A DNA stretch of 64,000 nucleotides, from positions 37,201-101,200 of the forward strand of contig CBDBIU010000002.1 in the NCBI GenBank assembly GCA_965206025.1, in the 5' to 3' direction. This DNA is from Bryobacterales bacterium. GTDB taxonomy: Bacteria; Acidobacteriota; Terriglobia; Bryobacterales; UBA6623. Shown here piece by piece: positions 17,653-27,333 of this stretch. Both the position numbers and the translations under genes were made by a program. Each line of letters begins with the position of its first letter. The first letter of the stretch is position 1. The notes below the pieces were generated by a model. It was not told where the DNA came from. It saw nothing but the letters and a program-made list of their open reading frames with translations, and searched no databases.

Positions 17653-19305
17653 ATGACGACCGTGGACGTCATCGCACACATCTTGAAACGGGAGGGCGTC
17701 GAATACCTCAGTGCGTTTCCGACGACGCCGATCATCGAGTCGGCCGCCGACGCCGGCATTCGCCCCGTGATTTGCCGCCAAGAGCGCGTTGGCGTGGGCA
17801 TTGCGGACGGCTATTCCCGGGTCACAAACGGGCGCCCGCCGGGCGTTTTCGCCATGCAGTGGGGCCCGGGGACGGAAAACGCCTACGCCGGGATCGCCAC
17901 CGCCTACTCCGACGGCGTTCCGCTCCTGCTGCTGCCGCTGGGACAGACCAGGGAGATGGACGGCGTGTTCCCGAATTTCAGCTCGCTGCGCAGCTATCGG
18001 TCCGTGACCAAGTTCATCGAACAGATCAATACACCGGATCGCGTGGTCGCGACAATGCGGCGCGCCTTCGCCGCCCTCAAGATGGGCCGCCCCGGCCCTG
18101 CGATGGTCGAAGTGCCTTTCGACGTCGCCATGGAAGACGTCGATGATTCGCTGATCGAAAGCTACAAACCTGTCCGGGCGACGCGCGCCCAGGCGGATCC
18201 CCAAGACGTGCTGGATGCGGCGCGAGCGCTGCTTGATGCGAAGAACCCGGTGATCCAAGCCGGGCAGGGCGTGCTTTACGCTGACGCCTGCCAAGAACTG
18301 CTGGAGTTGGCCGAGCTGCTTCAGGCGCCCGTGATGACCACGCTAGCGGGCAAGAGCGCCTTCCCGGAAAAACATCCTCTCGCGTTGGGCAGCGGCTCGG
18401 GAGTCGTGAGTGAAACTGCCTACCAATTCCTGAAAGACGCGGACTTGGTTTTTGGCATCGGAACCAGCTTCAGCAAGCACGGCCTGACCACCACGATACC
18501 GCCGGGCAAGGTATTGATTCACGCGACCAACGATCCCATTGACATTGGCAAGAACTACGACGTCGACCACCCCATCATCGGCGATGCCGGGCTCGTGCTA
18601 CGCCAATTCATCGCGGCCTGCAAGGAGCTGCTGGGAGACAAGCCGCGCCACGAGAGCCGTCTCGTCGCGGAACAAGTTGCGAGCACGCGAGAAAGCTGGC
18701 TGCAACAGTGGATGCCGAAGCTCACTGCAAAGGAGACCCCGATCAATCCCTACCGAGTCATTGGGGAGTTCATGAATTGCGTGGACCCGGCCGAAACCAT
18801 CTTGACGCACGACTCAGGCGGCCCCCGCTTCCAGCTCATGCCCTTCTACCAATCGGCGGGGCCGCGAACCTACCTCGGCTGGGGTAAGTCCCATGGCCTG
18901 GGGACGGGGCTAGGGCTGATACTGGGCGCGAAACTCGCCGCCCCGGAGAAGTTCGCGGTCAACTTTATGGGCGACGCGGCTTTTGGGATGACCGGCCTTG
19001 ATTTCGAAACCGCTGTGCGGTCCGACTTGCCGATCCTTACGATCGTCATGAACAACTCGACGATGGCCATCGAAACCGAGTCCTTGACTCGATCTCATGC
19101 GAAATACGGCACGCGGGACTTAGGGGGCGCCTACGCCGACATGGGGCGCGCTATGGGGGGCTGGGCGGAGCGTATCGAGGACCCCGAGGACGTCGGCCCC
19201 GCGATCCTGAGGGCCAAGAAAGCCACCGAAGAGGGGCGGGCTGCGCTACTCGAGTTCATGACCTGCGCGGAGAACACCTTTTCCCACCGCGCGGCTTTCG
19301 GATAG
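17653..19305 (+). CDS. Thiamine pyrophosphate-dependent enzyme (acetolactate synthase large-subunit superfamily)
   Basis: RQERVG..IADGYSR, GPG..NA and TPP motif GDAAFGM...VMNN; GGAGG SD. Confidence 0.9.
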   Translation: MTTVDVIAHILKREGVEYLSAFPTTPIIESAADAGIRPVICRQERVGVGIADGYSRVTNGRPPGVFAMQWGPGTENAYAGIATAYSDGVPLLLLPLGQTREMDGVFPNFSSLRSYRSVTKFIEQINTPDRVVATMRRAFAALKMGRPGPAMVEVPFDVAMEDVDDSLIESYKPVRATRAQADPQDVLDAARALLDAKNPVIQAGQGVLYADACQELLELAELLQAPVMTTLAGKSAFPEKHPLALGSGSGVVSETAYQFLKDADLVFGIGTSFSKHGLTTTIPPGKVLIHATNDPIDIGKNYDVDHPIIGDAGLVLRQFIAACKELLGDKPRHESRLVAEQVASTRESWLQQWMPKLTAKETPINPYRVIGEFMNCVDPAETILTHDSGGPRFQLMPFYQSAGPRTYLGWGKSHGLGTGLGLILGAKLAAPEKFAVNFMGDAAFGMTGLDFETAVRSDLPILTIVMNNSTMAIETESLTRSHAKYGTRDLGGAYADMGRAMGGWAERIEDPEDVGPAILRAKKATEEGRAALLEFMTCAENTFSHRAAFG

Positions 19306-19391
19306 GTCGCGCAGGCGCTCTTACATGTCCTTGGTCGCGAGGCGGCGGCGCGGGAAAGAAACCGGCAGCTCAGCGAGCCGCCTGACGGCGG

Positions 19392-19503
19392 CTAACCTGC
19401 ATTTCTCACCACTGTCACAGTGATTGGGGCGAAGGGCCCGGTGGCCAGGGCTGGCGGGCCTTTCGCCTCATCCAACGCAGCCGGGGTGAGAAACGCGGGC
19501 AAA
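19392..19503. mobile_element. MITE family A, short variant
   Basis: CTAA-CCTGCATTTCTCACC ... GGTGAGAAACGCGGGC; the interior is unrelated to the 200-bp copies. Confidence 0.7.
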
Positions 19504-19513
19504 ACAAGCTTGC

Positions 19514-19636
19514 CGCTCGTGGCGGGGACTGTTTCACCAATTTCGCGCCTTCAAAGGATCAACAACTTATGGGCGCATTCGGACGCGAAATTGGCTGACT
19601 GCACCCAGCCACCACGCAGCTTCTCCTTTTTGCACC
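19514..19636. repeat. Palindromic repeat with central IHF-like site (family C, copy 2)
   Basis: Reverse-complement homolog of 6213-6329; GATCAACAACTTA at 19557-19569. Confidence 0.8.
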
Positions 19637-19645
19637 TAAGAATAG

Positions 19646-21912
19646 CTAGTGTCCAGGGCGTGCGTGCTCTTCGATCCAGCCGGCGATCGCTTCAAGCGCG
19701 GCGGGGGCGATGGTTTCGGTGATCTTCGAGTATTCCGCCGGGAGACCGGTTCGGCTGGTCTGGAGTAGATGGTTCAACTCAGGCAGCTCCACCAACTTGT
19801 AGTCCTTGTTGCCCGCGGCCTTGAGCGCTTCCTCGATGGGCGGCATGTTCTCATCAGGCGGTACCTGAAGATCGCGTTCCCCGGTTACGACGAGCACAGG
19901 GCATTTGACTTGGCGCAGCGGCGGCGCGGGGTCGAAAGTCAGGAAATGGCGGAACCAAGGCGTCAGCAGCATCTTCGACTGCGTTCTTAGCGCCTCCTCA
20001 CCAGGGTAGCCGCGAGCCCGTTTCTCACTATCTGTGAGTCCGGAGAAGTGCTCTTGCTGGATCTCCAGGAGCTTCCCCGCGGCCGTATCGTTGTTCTTCT
20101 CCGCTTTCACCACGGCGAACAGTCGCTCCTGCATAGCGCGGTTCCGGCGAATCAGATCGTCCCCCACGCCCATGGCCCGCATCATGGCCGCGGACTGTAG
20201 ATAGAGCAGCTCTTCCCCTAGGACTCCGGGGGCGGCCACGAGCACGATGAACGCTACGTCTTCGGACATGGCGGCGGCCAGGCGCGCGACGATCGCACCT
20301 TCGCTGTGCCCTAGGATCCCGATCCGAGCCGGGTCGATTTCGTCGCGGCCGGTCAGGAATTCAACCCCGGCTAGCGCATCGGTTGCAAAGTCTTCCATGG
20401 TGGACTCAAAAACGGCTCTTCTGGGATTTTAGTGGCTGGCGGCGGTGAGTGACGGATCCCTCGCCACTGTGAGGCCGACCTCCCGGAGCCTGCTTCGGTG
20501 CCATTCAAGGGCTTCGTGACAACTCTACGGCCCCCAAGGCCGGGCGGCGACTGCGTTGGCCAAAAAGAATTACTGATAAACAAAGGGTTACGAGTAGAGC
20601 AAGGCTGCTGGCAGGTAGTCGTACAGTCTCCCGAAGGCTGTGAAATGCGGATCCACAACTGTCATCCAGTGGCCACACTCAAAGAGATAACTCCCTGTTT
20701 ATCAGTATCTTATTCCCTTTACGAGTTGCCCACGACCGGACTGGCGTGTAGGGTATTTGGGGATTTCTTGGCCGCCTTTTGGGCTCCGATGTGACTGCGG
20801 GCGACGTCGGGTCGGCAGGATGGAGGAGCCGGCTACCCGTTGGCCACCCACTAAAAACCCGGAAGAGCCTCAAAAACATTGCCGGTCGAGCCTCCTACAC
20901 CGCGGTCGTCAACCCGGAGTACGGCGATGCCGCGGCGTGTGAGGTAGTCGGCTAAGACCAAAAACGGGCGATGACCCATCAGGGTCTCATTGCGGTCCTG
21001 CGGACCTGACCCCGAGACAAGCAGAACCGCCGGTGCCCGATGTTTGGATCTAGGCAGCGTCAACGTCCCGGCGAACTTCACCACGGCTTGGTCGTTCATA
21101 AACGAGACTTCGACTTCGTCATAGGGATAAGGCCGGTTCGGATCTTGGGGACGAGCAAGATCAGGGACTTCTTCCTGGCGTTTGATGACCAAAGGCAGTA
21201 CGCCGCTGCCCTGTCGCCACTCGCCGCTGATCTGGGAACCGTCCTCGCTGATCGTGCCCTCGAATTCGGCTATAGGCTCCTTTAGCTTGAGCCGAACGGA
21301 ATCCCCATCGACCCGGATACTGCTGATCTTCAACCCCGCCGCGCCTTGATCGATGCTATCGATTGTTCCGCTCAGAGTGCCGTCCCCGGACTTTGAAATT
21401 CTGAAGAGCACCCGCAGGTTTAGGGCGCCGGTATTAAGCACCCCGAGCCAGATGCCTTCCAAACCTTCGCCGGGCATACCGGCGGGGATGACGACCCCAG
21501 CCGGCTCGGCGGGAACGTCGGGGCTCTCCCCGCTGCGATTGAGCACGAAGGGGAAATGGGCGCTTCCCTGGGTGAAATCACCGGAGATGTTCTCTCCCTT
21601 GTTCGACAACCTGCCGTTAAAAGACGGGTTGCCGGGGACGCCCTGCATCGAGAATGAAACCCGCGGACCGTCAATTTCGACGTTCGACAGGCGAAAATCC
21701 TTCACCCCTTGGCCTGGAATGTCGAGTTCTCCCCGCCATTCGCCTCCGTCCCCGTGAACAAGATCAACGACGATCTTCAGGGCTTGGCCGGGTGTCTCAA
21801 TCCGCCCCTGCCAGCGGCCTTGCGGGGTCGCTTCCTGCTGAGCCGAGGCCAGGCCCGTGCTCAAGAGAGCAGACAGCAGAAAAGCCGCCGCAATGGTGAC
21901 AAGTTTCCTCAT
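19646..21912 (-). pseudogene. Secreted alpha/beta hydrolase (S15/S33-like), interrupted by the 456-bp element
   Basis: N part has a signal peptide, SGSGPQDRNE and DDRGVGGS; C part has GHSEG and LNHL. Removing the insert and one TSD gives a 600-aa ORF reading GNVFE-STMEDF. Confidence 0.92.
20414..20869. mobile_element. 456-bp non-autonomous element with ISL3-type ends, copy 1
   Basis: TIRs GGCTCTTCTGGGATTTTAGTGG / CCACTAAAAACCCGGAAGAGCC; 8-bp TSD TCAAAAAC (20406-20413, 20870-20877). Confidence 0.95.
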
Positions 21913-21927
21913 ACCGGTCTCCTTATC

Positions 21928-22019
21928 GAGGCTCGCGAAATACAGTTATTTGGGAACATGGGCACAGCATGCTGTGCCCCTACAGTCTCAACACGGACGA
22001 TGCATAATTGGCGAGACTC
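21928..22019. repeat. Family D repeat (imperfect IR enclosing a GTAG-type REP)
   Basis: GAGGCTCGCGAAAT ... GGGCACAGCATGCTGTGCCCCTACAGTCT ... ATTGGCGAGACTC; homologs at 50669 and 53066. Confidence 0.85.
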
Positions 22020-22044
22020 AGTAAGCTTGGCCCGTTCCCCGCGC

Positions 22045-23325
22045 TCACTCAAACTGATTCGTGTCCCGCCAGGCATCGAAGCCGTCTGAAAAGAGAAGGC
22101 TCAAGCAGCTCTTGACCGAGTCACATCCCTCGGGGACTGCCTTGAGACGAGGCGTGTCGTCCCGTTTGTCGTACATCCCAAAGCCCCAGGCTTCCCCGGC
22201 GTCACGAGGCGAATCGTAAACCTGCCACAAGACGACCCAGGGGCACCCCCACTCGAGCGCTGTCTTCAGCGCGTAATATAAGCGCGGCAACAGCGGACCG
22301 GTCGGGAGATGCTCGAAGCGGTCGCGGGCGTATCCTAGTTCGCCAATCATGACGAAGTTCTTACCGAATCGACGCCGGCCAGCCGGCGAAAGGGACTTCT
22401 CGGAACGTGTCCGGATTCGTTCCAGGTCGCGGCGCAGGCGGGTGACCGTCTCTTGGGGGGGCACATCGCTCTCCCAGGTTTCAAAGGGGGAGTTGGCCGA
22501 TTCGTAGGCGGAGTAGGAAAGCAGATCGAAGACGACATGGGGGACGACATGCTCAAGCGTGGACCAACCCTGCTCGGAAGCCCCCTGCGTCAGGACGGCC
22601 TTATGAAATCGGGCGCCCCGCTTCACTAGGCGCAGGTTGACGACGTTAATCTCCAGGGCGTGAAAGATCCGCAGGCGAGCCTCCGGATAGCTCCTTCGAA
22701 CCTCGTCCAGCGCTTGAAATCGTGTATTTGTCCAATGCGTCAGAGTGTCGATCGCTTGCTCGGCTGATCCGGTATAGTTCATGATCTCGAGCAACTTTGC
22801 ATCGGCCTCGGAGTTGGCCAAAATCACGGTCTTCGGCATGTCTCCGAACTGCTGATAAAGAAACTCGCACAACTCTTTGGTTTGACTGTTTTCGATCTCC
22901 GCTTCGGCTTCGCTCCAGGGGCGCAGCAGGTTGATGTCATCGGGGCCGGCCCCGTAATCGCGAATCGGATAGACGGTCAACACGACGGTTTCGATGTCTC
23001 CGTCTTCCAATACGGATCGGTAACGGGGCAGCGCCAGGATCTTGGCCGGCGTCAAAGGCCCGTCCACACGGTCGCGACTAAACCGCCTAGGAGAAAGAGG
23101 GGGATGGAGATAATCGAAACGCGCGCCCAAATAGAGCCGGAACACGCGAGATCCCGTTTCCACAGTGCGCCGGCGCGCCCTAGTCAGCAAGTCCTCGTTT
23201 GCCTCGAAGCTCGGAGATCCGACCCACTGATAGAAGCCTATGCGTTGCTCAAGCCGGGTCTGAGCTGAAATGCCGCTTGCGATCAGAAGCAGCGCCGCGA
23301 AACCGCGCCTAAGGGCCCTCGTCAC
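22045..23325 (-). CDS. Secreted hypothetical protein (possible glycoside-hydrolase-like TIM barrel)
   Basis: 426 aa with a signal peptide; 4-bp overlap with the upstream gene. Fold guess rests only on LSYSAY, IGELGY and LWQVYD. Confidence 0.7.
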   Translation of the reverse strand: MTRALRRGFAALLLIASGISAQTRLEQRIGFYQWVGSPSFEANEDLLTRARRRTVETGSRVFRLYLGARFDYLHPPLSPRRFSRDRVDGPLTPAKILALPRYRSVLEDGDIETVVLTVYPIRDYGAGPDDINLLRPWSEAEAEIENSQTKELCEFLYQQFGDMPKTVILANSEADAKLLEIMNYTGSAEQAIDTLTHWTNTRFQALDEVRRSYPEARLRIFHALEINVVNLRLVKRGARFHKAVLTQGASEQGWSTLEHVVPHVVFDLLSYSAYESANSPFETWESDVPPQETVTRLRRDLERIRTRSEKSLSPAGRRRFGKNFVMIGELGYARDRFEHLPTGPLLPRLYYALKTALEWGCPWVVLWQVYDSPRDAGEAWGFGMYDKRDDTPRLKAVPEGCDSVKSCLSLLFSDGFDAWRDTNQFE

Positions 23326-24890
23326 CGGCGGACCTCGATCATGTGGGGATAGCTGGGGCGACCCTCCGCCTCGACTCGGACCCCGAGTAAGCCCGGCTCC
23401 AGGTTAGCCGGCAGCCTCACGTTGATCTGGCCAGATTCCACGTAGAGCACTTCCCCGGTTTCTTCGCCAAATAAAACGCGTGTCCGCTGGGGGACGAAGT
23501 CGTGGCCGAAGATCGTCAAGACAGCGTTTGGGCTAAAGGGGGGTGGCGTGTACCGGACCCCATCCACGATCCCGCCCGGCAAGATCGTGGGGAACTCGCC
23601 GGCGACCAGGGGCTGATCGGGGAGAGCCGCGGGAAAAACGCGCTGCCACCAGCTGGGGCGGTACTCGATTCGCAAGGTGACCGGTCCGGCGCGATCAGGG
23701 TCGATGATCATGTATCCGAGCGGGTCCGGCTGAATCGGCAAGCTGACCCAATGGTCGGACCCATCGAGCACAGCCGCTCGCCACTCCGGCCGGTTGGTCA
23801 GGCGGACGAGGATGACATCGGAGGGACCCAAATCAGCCCGGATTTCCGCCCGGCCTGCCGCCCTCCAATGGACACCCGCGGCTTCAGGGCGACCGGCCCA
23901 ATCGAGGTAAGCTTCCAGGCCCTGGCGATCGAACAACCCGCGGATGGGACGAAGCGTTTGCCCCGCCCAGCGGGAGACCACCACCGCCTCAGCCGGGTTG
24001 GGGCTCGGCAAGTAGTAAACGCACCACCCTTTTTCGTCGTACACGCAATCGAGGTCGGCCTGAAACTTCCTCCAATCCTTGCTCACGAGATACTCGACCG
24101 CCATGGCCTTGAGCCAAAGCAGCACGTCCTTGCGGCGCTCGCCGGAGCGAACGAATGCAGCGGCCTGCGCCAACACGGGATTATCCATGACGTCGATCGA
24201 AACAGGGCCGAAGACCCTGGCTCCTTGTGAGTGCTCGTCGATCCACTCGATTGCGCCTGGCGGCATGGGCGCCGGTCGAAACGAGTAGTGCGGCCGAAGA
24301 GCGAAAGCCCAAGCGGCGCAGGAGACAAACACAGCGAAACAGATCCCACGCGCCCGCGGCGATCCGAACGGCGGCCAAAGCGAGACCAGACCCACGAGCG
24401 CCAGTTCCGCCGCGGCAAGTGCGTCGAGGGAACGAGGCCGGTCGGGCAAGGTCGCAAGCAACAGTGTGGTGATACTCGCGACGAAGAGCAGGGCCGCCGC
24501 CCGAGGCTTACGCCGGCTGACATCGAGCGACAGAAGCAGGAACGGGACCAACGACCAGAACAAGACTCGGACTCCATCGGGCTGATCGAAGACCGTGTAC
24601 AGGCGCGAGGGCGCCAGAGCGTAGAGCAGTGCCGCCGTCGCCGCCGTTGGGCCTGTTGCCCGCAGTTGCCTCGCCAGCAGATAGACCCCCGCGCAACCCA
24701 CCGTGGAGGCAAAGCCAACCACCACGACGTATGCCCATGGCGTGGGGCAGCCCGTCAGGCCCACGACCGAGGCCACGAGCAACGGAAGCAGCGGCGAGAC
24801 GACCGAGAACGGTGGGAGGGTGCCGAGCTTCAACACTTGCTCCGCGGCTTGGATCGAAACCTGGGCAGTGCTGTCGGTGCCGTGGATCAT
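23322..24890 (-). CDS. Multi-TM membrane protein with a C-terminal IPT/TIG-like domain
   Basis: Hydrophobic N half; C-terminal LTIFG..F...VLYVESGQINVRLP resembles an IPT/TIG domain. Confidence 0.7.
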   Translation of the reverse strand: MIHGTDSTAQVSIQAAEQVLKLGTLPPFSVVSPLLPLLVASVVGLTGCPTPWAYVVVVGFASTVGCAGVYLLARQLRATGPTAATAALLYALAPSRLYTVFDQPDGVRVLFWSLVPFLLLSLDVSRRKPRAAALLFVASITTLLLATLPDRPRSLDALAAAELALVGLVSLWPPFGSPRARGICFAVFVSCAAWAFALRPHYSFRPAPMPPGAIEWIDEHSQGARVFGPVSIDVMDNPVLAQAAAFVRSGERRKDVLLWLKAMAVEYLVSKDWRKFQADLDCVYDEKGWCVYYLPSPNPAEAVVVSRWAGQTLRPIRGLFDRQGLEAYLDWAGRPEAAGVHWRAAGRAEIRADLGPSDVILVRLTNRPEWRAAVLDGSDHWVSLPIQPDPLGYMIIDPDRAGPVTLRIEYRPSWWQRVFPAALPDQPLVAGEFPTILPGGIVDGVRYTPPPFSPNAVLTIFGHDFVPQRTRVLFGEETGEVLYVESGQINVRLPANLEPGLLGVRVEAEGRPSYPHMIEVRR

Positions 24891-25321
24891 TCCGTCACGT
24901 GAATCTCAACCGCCGGAAACCCGCGCCGCCCTCACGTCGCCAGAAGGGTCAAATTGAACTCATAGAGCCGCGTCGTCGGACGAGTCAAAGAACTCCTCTC
25001 GGCTCTGCTGCGGACGACTAAGGCGGCGTAGCAGCAAGCGTCCTCTCGCGCCCGGCCATCCCACTCCGAACGCCTCCGCTGACCGACCATATTGGGCGAG
25101 GCCATCGAACAACAAGGGTAGCGGAAGGCGCGAAAAAAATCGACATCGGAGGAACGAGCCACTGCCTGCCGGCCCGCAGGGACACCCTCACCGCCATGTT
25201 GTGCACGGACTTGCCCGTGGCCTCGCGGCCGCGGCTTCCCTCAGAAGGACCGCCGTCCATCCCTTCAGGCAACAGGAGATTTTCGATCACCCTTATGGAT
25301 AAGCCTTCGGAGCAAAGCTCA

Positions 25322-25520
25322 CTAGCCTGCATTTCTTGCCACCTGACGGTCGAAGCACGCTATAGGCCACCATCACTGGGTTGCGCTTGCTCGCCGTGCT
25401 CAACGTACTGTTTAAGTAAGCCCGCGTGGTTCAAGAAAACCGGGCGCCGAGCGGCCCGCGGCTTGTACTGACGGCCTCTCACGGACCTCGCCTCGCCACG
25501 TGGTGAGAAATGCAGGCTGG
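25322..25520. mobile_element. MITE family A, full length (~200 bp)
   Basis: CTAG-CCTGCATTTCTTGCCAC ... GTGGTGAGAAATGCAGG-CTGG; colinear with the reverse complement of 57328-57527. Confidence 0.85.
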
Positions 25521-25683
25521 CGGAGCCGGCGAGCCTCGTCGTTTCATCTCTGTTTTCCGCTCTCGAGGTCTACCTTCCGTGTTTCGCGTTTTTTCGCGGG
25601 AAACCACTACGGACCCACCGAAAATATAGTAGGCTAATCTATGTTCGCGAGACCCGCGGGCCGCCGCATCCCGCCTCCGCGCT

Positions 25684-26310
25684 ATGAACCTGCCGAACTC
25701 GCTCACCGTACTGCGGATCTTCTTCGTGCCGCTGCTGTTGGCGGTCATGCTGCGCCGTAACATCGAGCTAGACACCGGCTGGGCGGTCATCTCCAAGGAA
25801 TGGCTGGCCCTAGCGATTTTCTTGATAGCGGCGTCCACGGACCTGTTGGATGGCTACTTGGCGCGGCGCCGGCGGCAGATCACCACTTTCGGGAAGCTGC
25901 TTGACCCTCTGGCCGACAAGCTGCTGATTTCGGCCGCCTTTATCTCGCTCGTTGAACTAGGGCGAGTCCCGGCCTGGATGGTGGTGATTATCGTCAGTCG
26001 GGAGTTCGCCGTCTCGGGGCTGCGAAGCATCGCCATCTCGCAGGGCTACGCGATTAGCGCCAGCGATCTGGGCAAGACGAAAATGGTCGCGCAGGTCATC
26101 GCGGTTTCACTGTTGCTGGTCGCGCCGTATTCGGCACTGGTGGCTGAAATGGCCTACGCCGCGCTGTGGTTCGTGGTCGTGTTCGCCCTCATATCAGCCA
26201 TCGACTACTTCCGGGCCTTCCGCAGAAAGGTCGAAGCCCGGGATGCTGCCGCGGTCGCTCCTAACGTCGTCGTTCTTCGCAAGGAAGGCAAAGAAAACTT
26301 GGCGAGTTGA
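25684..26310 (+). CDS. pgsA: CDP-diacylglycerol--glycerol-3-phosphate 3-phosphatidyltransferase
   Basis: MNLPNSLT..R and TDLLDGYLARR....T.FGKLLDPLADK motifs. Confidence 0.95.
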   Translation: MNLPNSLTVLRIFFVPLLLAVMLRRNIELDTGWAVISKEWLALAIFLIAASTDLLDGYLARRRRQITTFGKLLDPLADKLLISAAFISLVELGRVPAWMVVIIVSREFAVSGLRSIAISQGYAISASDLGKTKMVAQVIAVSLLLVAPYSALVAEMAYAALWFVVVFALISAIDYFRAFRRKVEARDAAAVAPNVVVLRKEGKENLAS

Positions 26311-26398
26311 CAGAGGACGGACACTGGTCCGCTGAGGCGTTTCGGCGGAGTCGCCCGCCCCATTTTCCCCGGCAAGTTTCTACGCCGGCAACCTTAAT

Positions 26399-26531
26399 CT
26401 AGTAGACTGTCGCAGACAAGACTTATATGATCGTTCTTACGACGTGGCGCGCTTTTCAGCGTGCTGTGGCGGGATTTCGAGCCCGACATTTCCGAATCCA
26501 TAGTCAACTCTTCTCCGCGACAGTCCACTAG
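26399..26531. mobile_element. MITE family E (CTAG-ended)
   Basis: Terminal inverted repeats CTAGTAGACTGTCGCAGA ... TCCGCGACAGTCCACTAG. Confidence 0.7.
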
Positions 26532-26651
26532 TGATCTAGTGGCCGGCTTCAAAAGTTGGCCTAGTTATTCCATGGCACCTGTCGGTCGCTGTCAGCGGGG
26601 GATCCCAGCTACTGTTTATCGGAAGGTCTAGCTCAACGGTCTCACTTGCGT

Positions 26652-27092
26652 ATGGCCTCCGCTCAGGCGCAAACCTACCGCACTCACTCTGCGGAGGAAA
26701 CCGTCCAGCTTGGTGTCGAGCTGGCACGCGAAATGAAGCCGCCGCAACTCGTCTTGTTGATCGGAGAGTTGGGCTGCGGTAAGACGACGCTCGCCAAAGG
26801 ACTGATCAGCGGGCTGGGGGTTGCCCCTGCCGCCGACGTCCTTAGCCCGAGTTTCTCGCTTATCCACGAATACGAAGGAGACCCCAAGGTCTACCACATC
26901 GATCTCTATCGCTTGGACCATCTGCCCGAGCTCGCAACCCTAGGGCTCGATGACCTCTGCGACCAGCAAGCCGTCATCCTTATCGAGTGGGGCGAAAAAT
27001 TCGCCGGCCAACTGCCCGCCTCGCCGGTAGAAATCCATGTCAAAGACCTGGAGGGCGACGAGCGAGAGATCGCGGTGACCAAACCGGAATAG
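26652..27092 (+). CDS. tsaE: tRNA threonylcarbamoyladenosine biosynthesis ATPase TsaE
   Basis: GELGCGKTT, SPSFSL, HIDLYRL and IEWG motifs. Confidence 0.95.
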   Translation: MASAQAQTYRTHSAEETVQLGVELAREMKPPQLVLLIGELGCGKTTLAKGLISGLGVAPAADVLSPSFSLIHEYEGDPKVYHIDLYRLDHLPELATLGLDDLCDQQAVILIEWGEKFAGQLPASPVEIHVKDLEGDEREIAVTKPE

Positions 27093-27333
27093 CCTGTTTG
27101 CCGCTGAGAGAAAGTTTCCCGTTTGCTCGTGGGGGAGATCCGGCCCATCTGTCTCCGGCAGACGGTGGGATTCAGAGGCTAGCGATGATGAGGGCGCGGC
27201 CTATCTTGGGACCATGTTTAAAGTCTGCTAAGCAGCAAGCTTGTTGACTCTAGCCGTTTCGGTCCCGGCCCGCGGACGCTGGTGATTGAGCGGCTATACT
27301 GGTTGCAGCGTTTCGCTTGCGAAGGAAGTCATC

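Noticed and set aside
20498-20794. 98-aa ORF inside the 456-bp element (also 43184-43480)
   Set aside because: No recognisable motif or SD, and one of the three inter-copy changes is non-synonymous. It spans the paired region, and its presence in both copies only reflects their identity.
20414-20869. Self-splicing intron or IStron interpretation of the 456-bp element
   Set aside because: No group I or group II core motifs seen. It sits in opposite orientations relative to its two host genes, and the 8-bp TSD would leave a frameshift.
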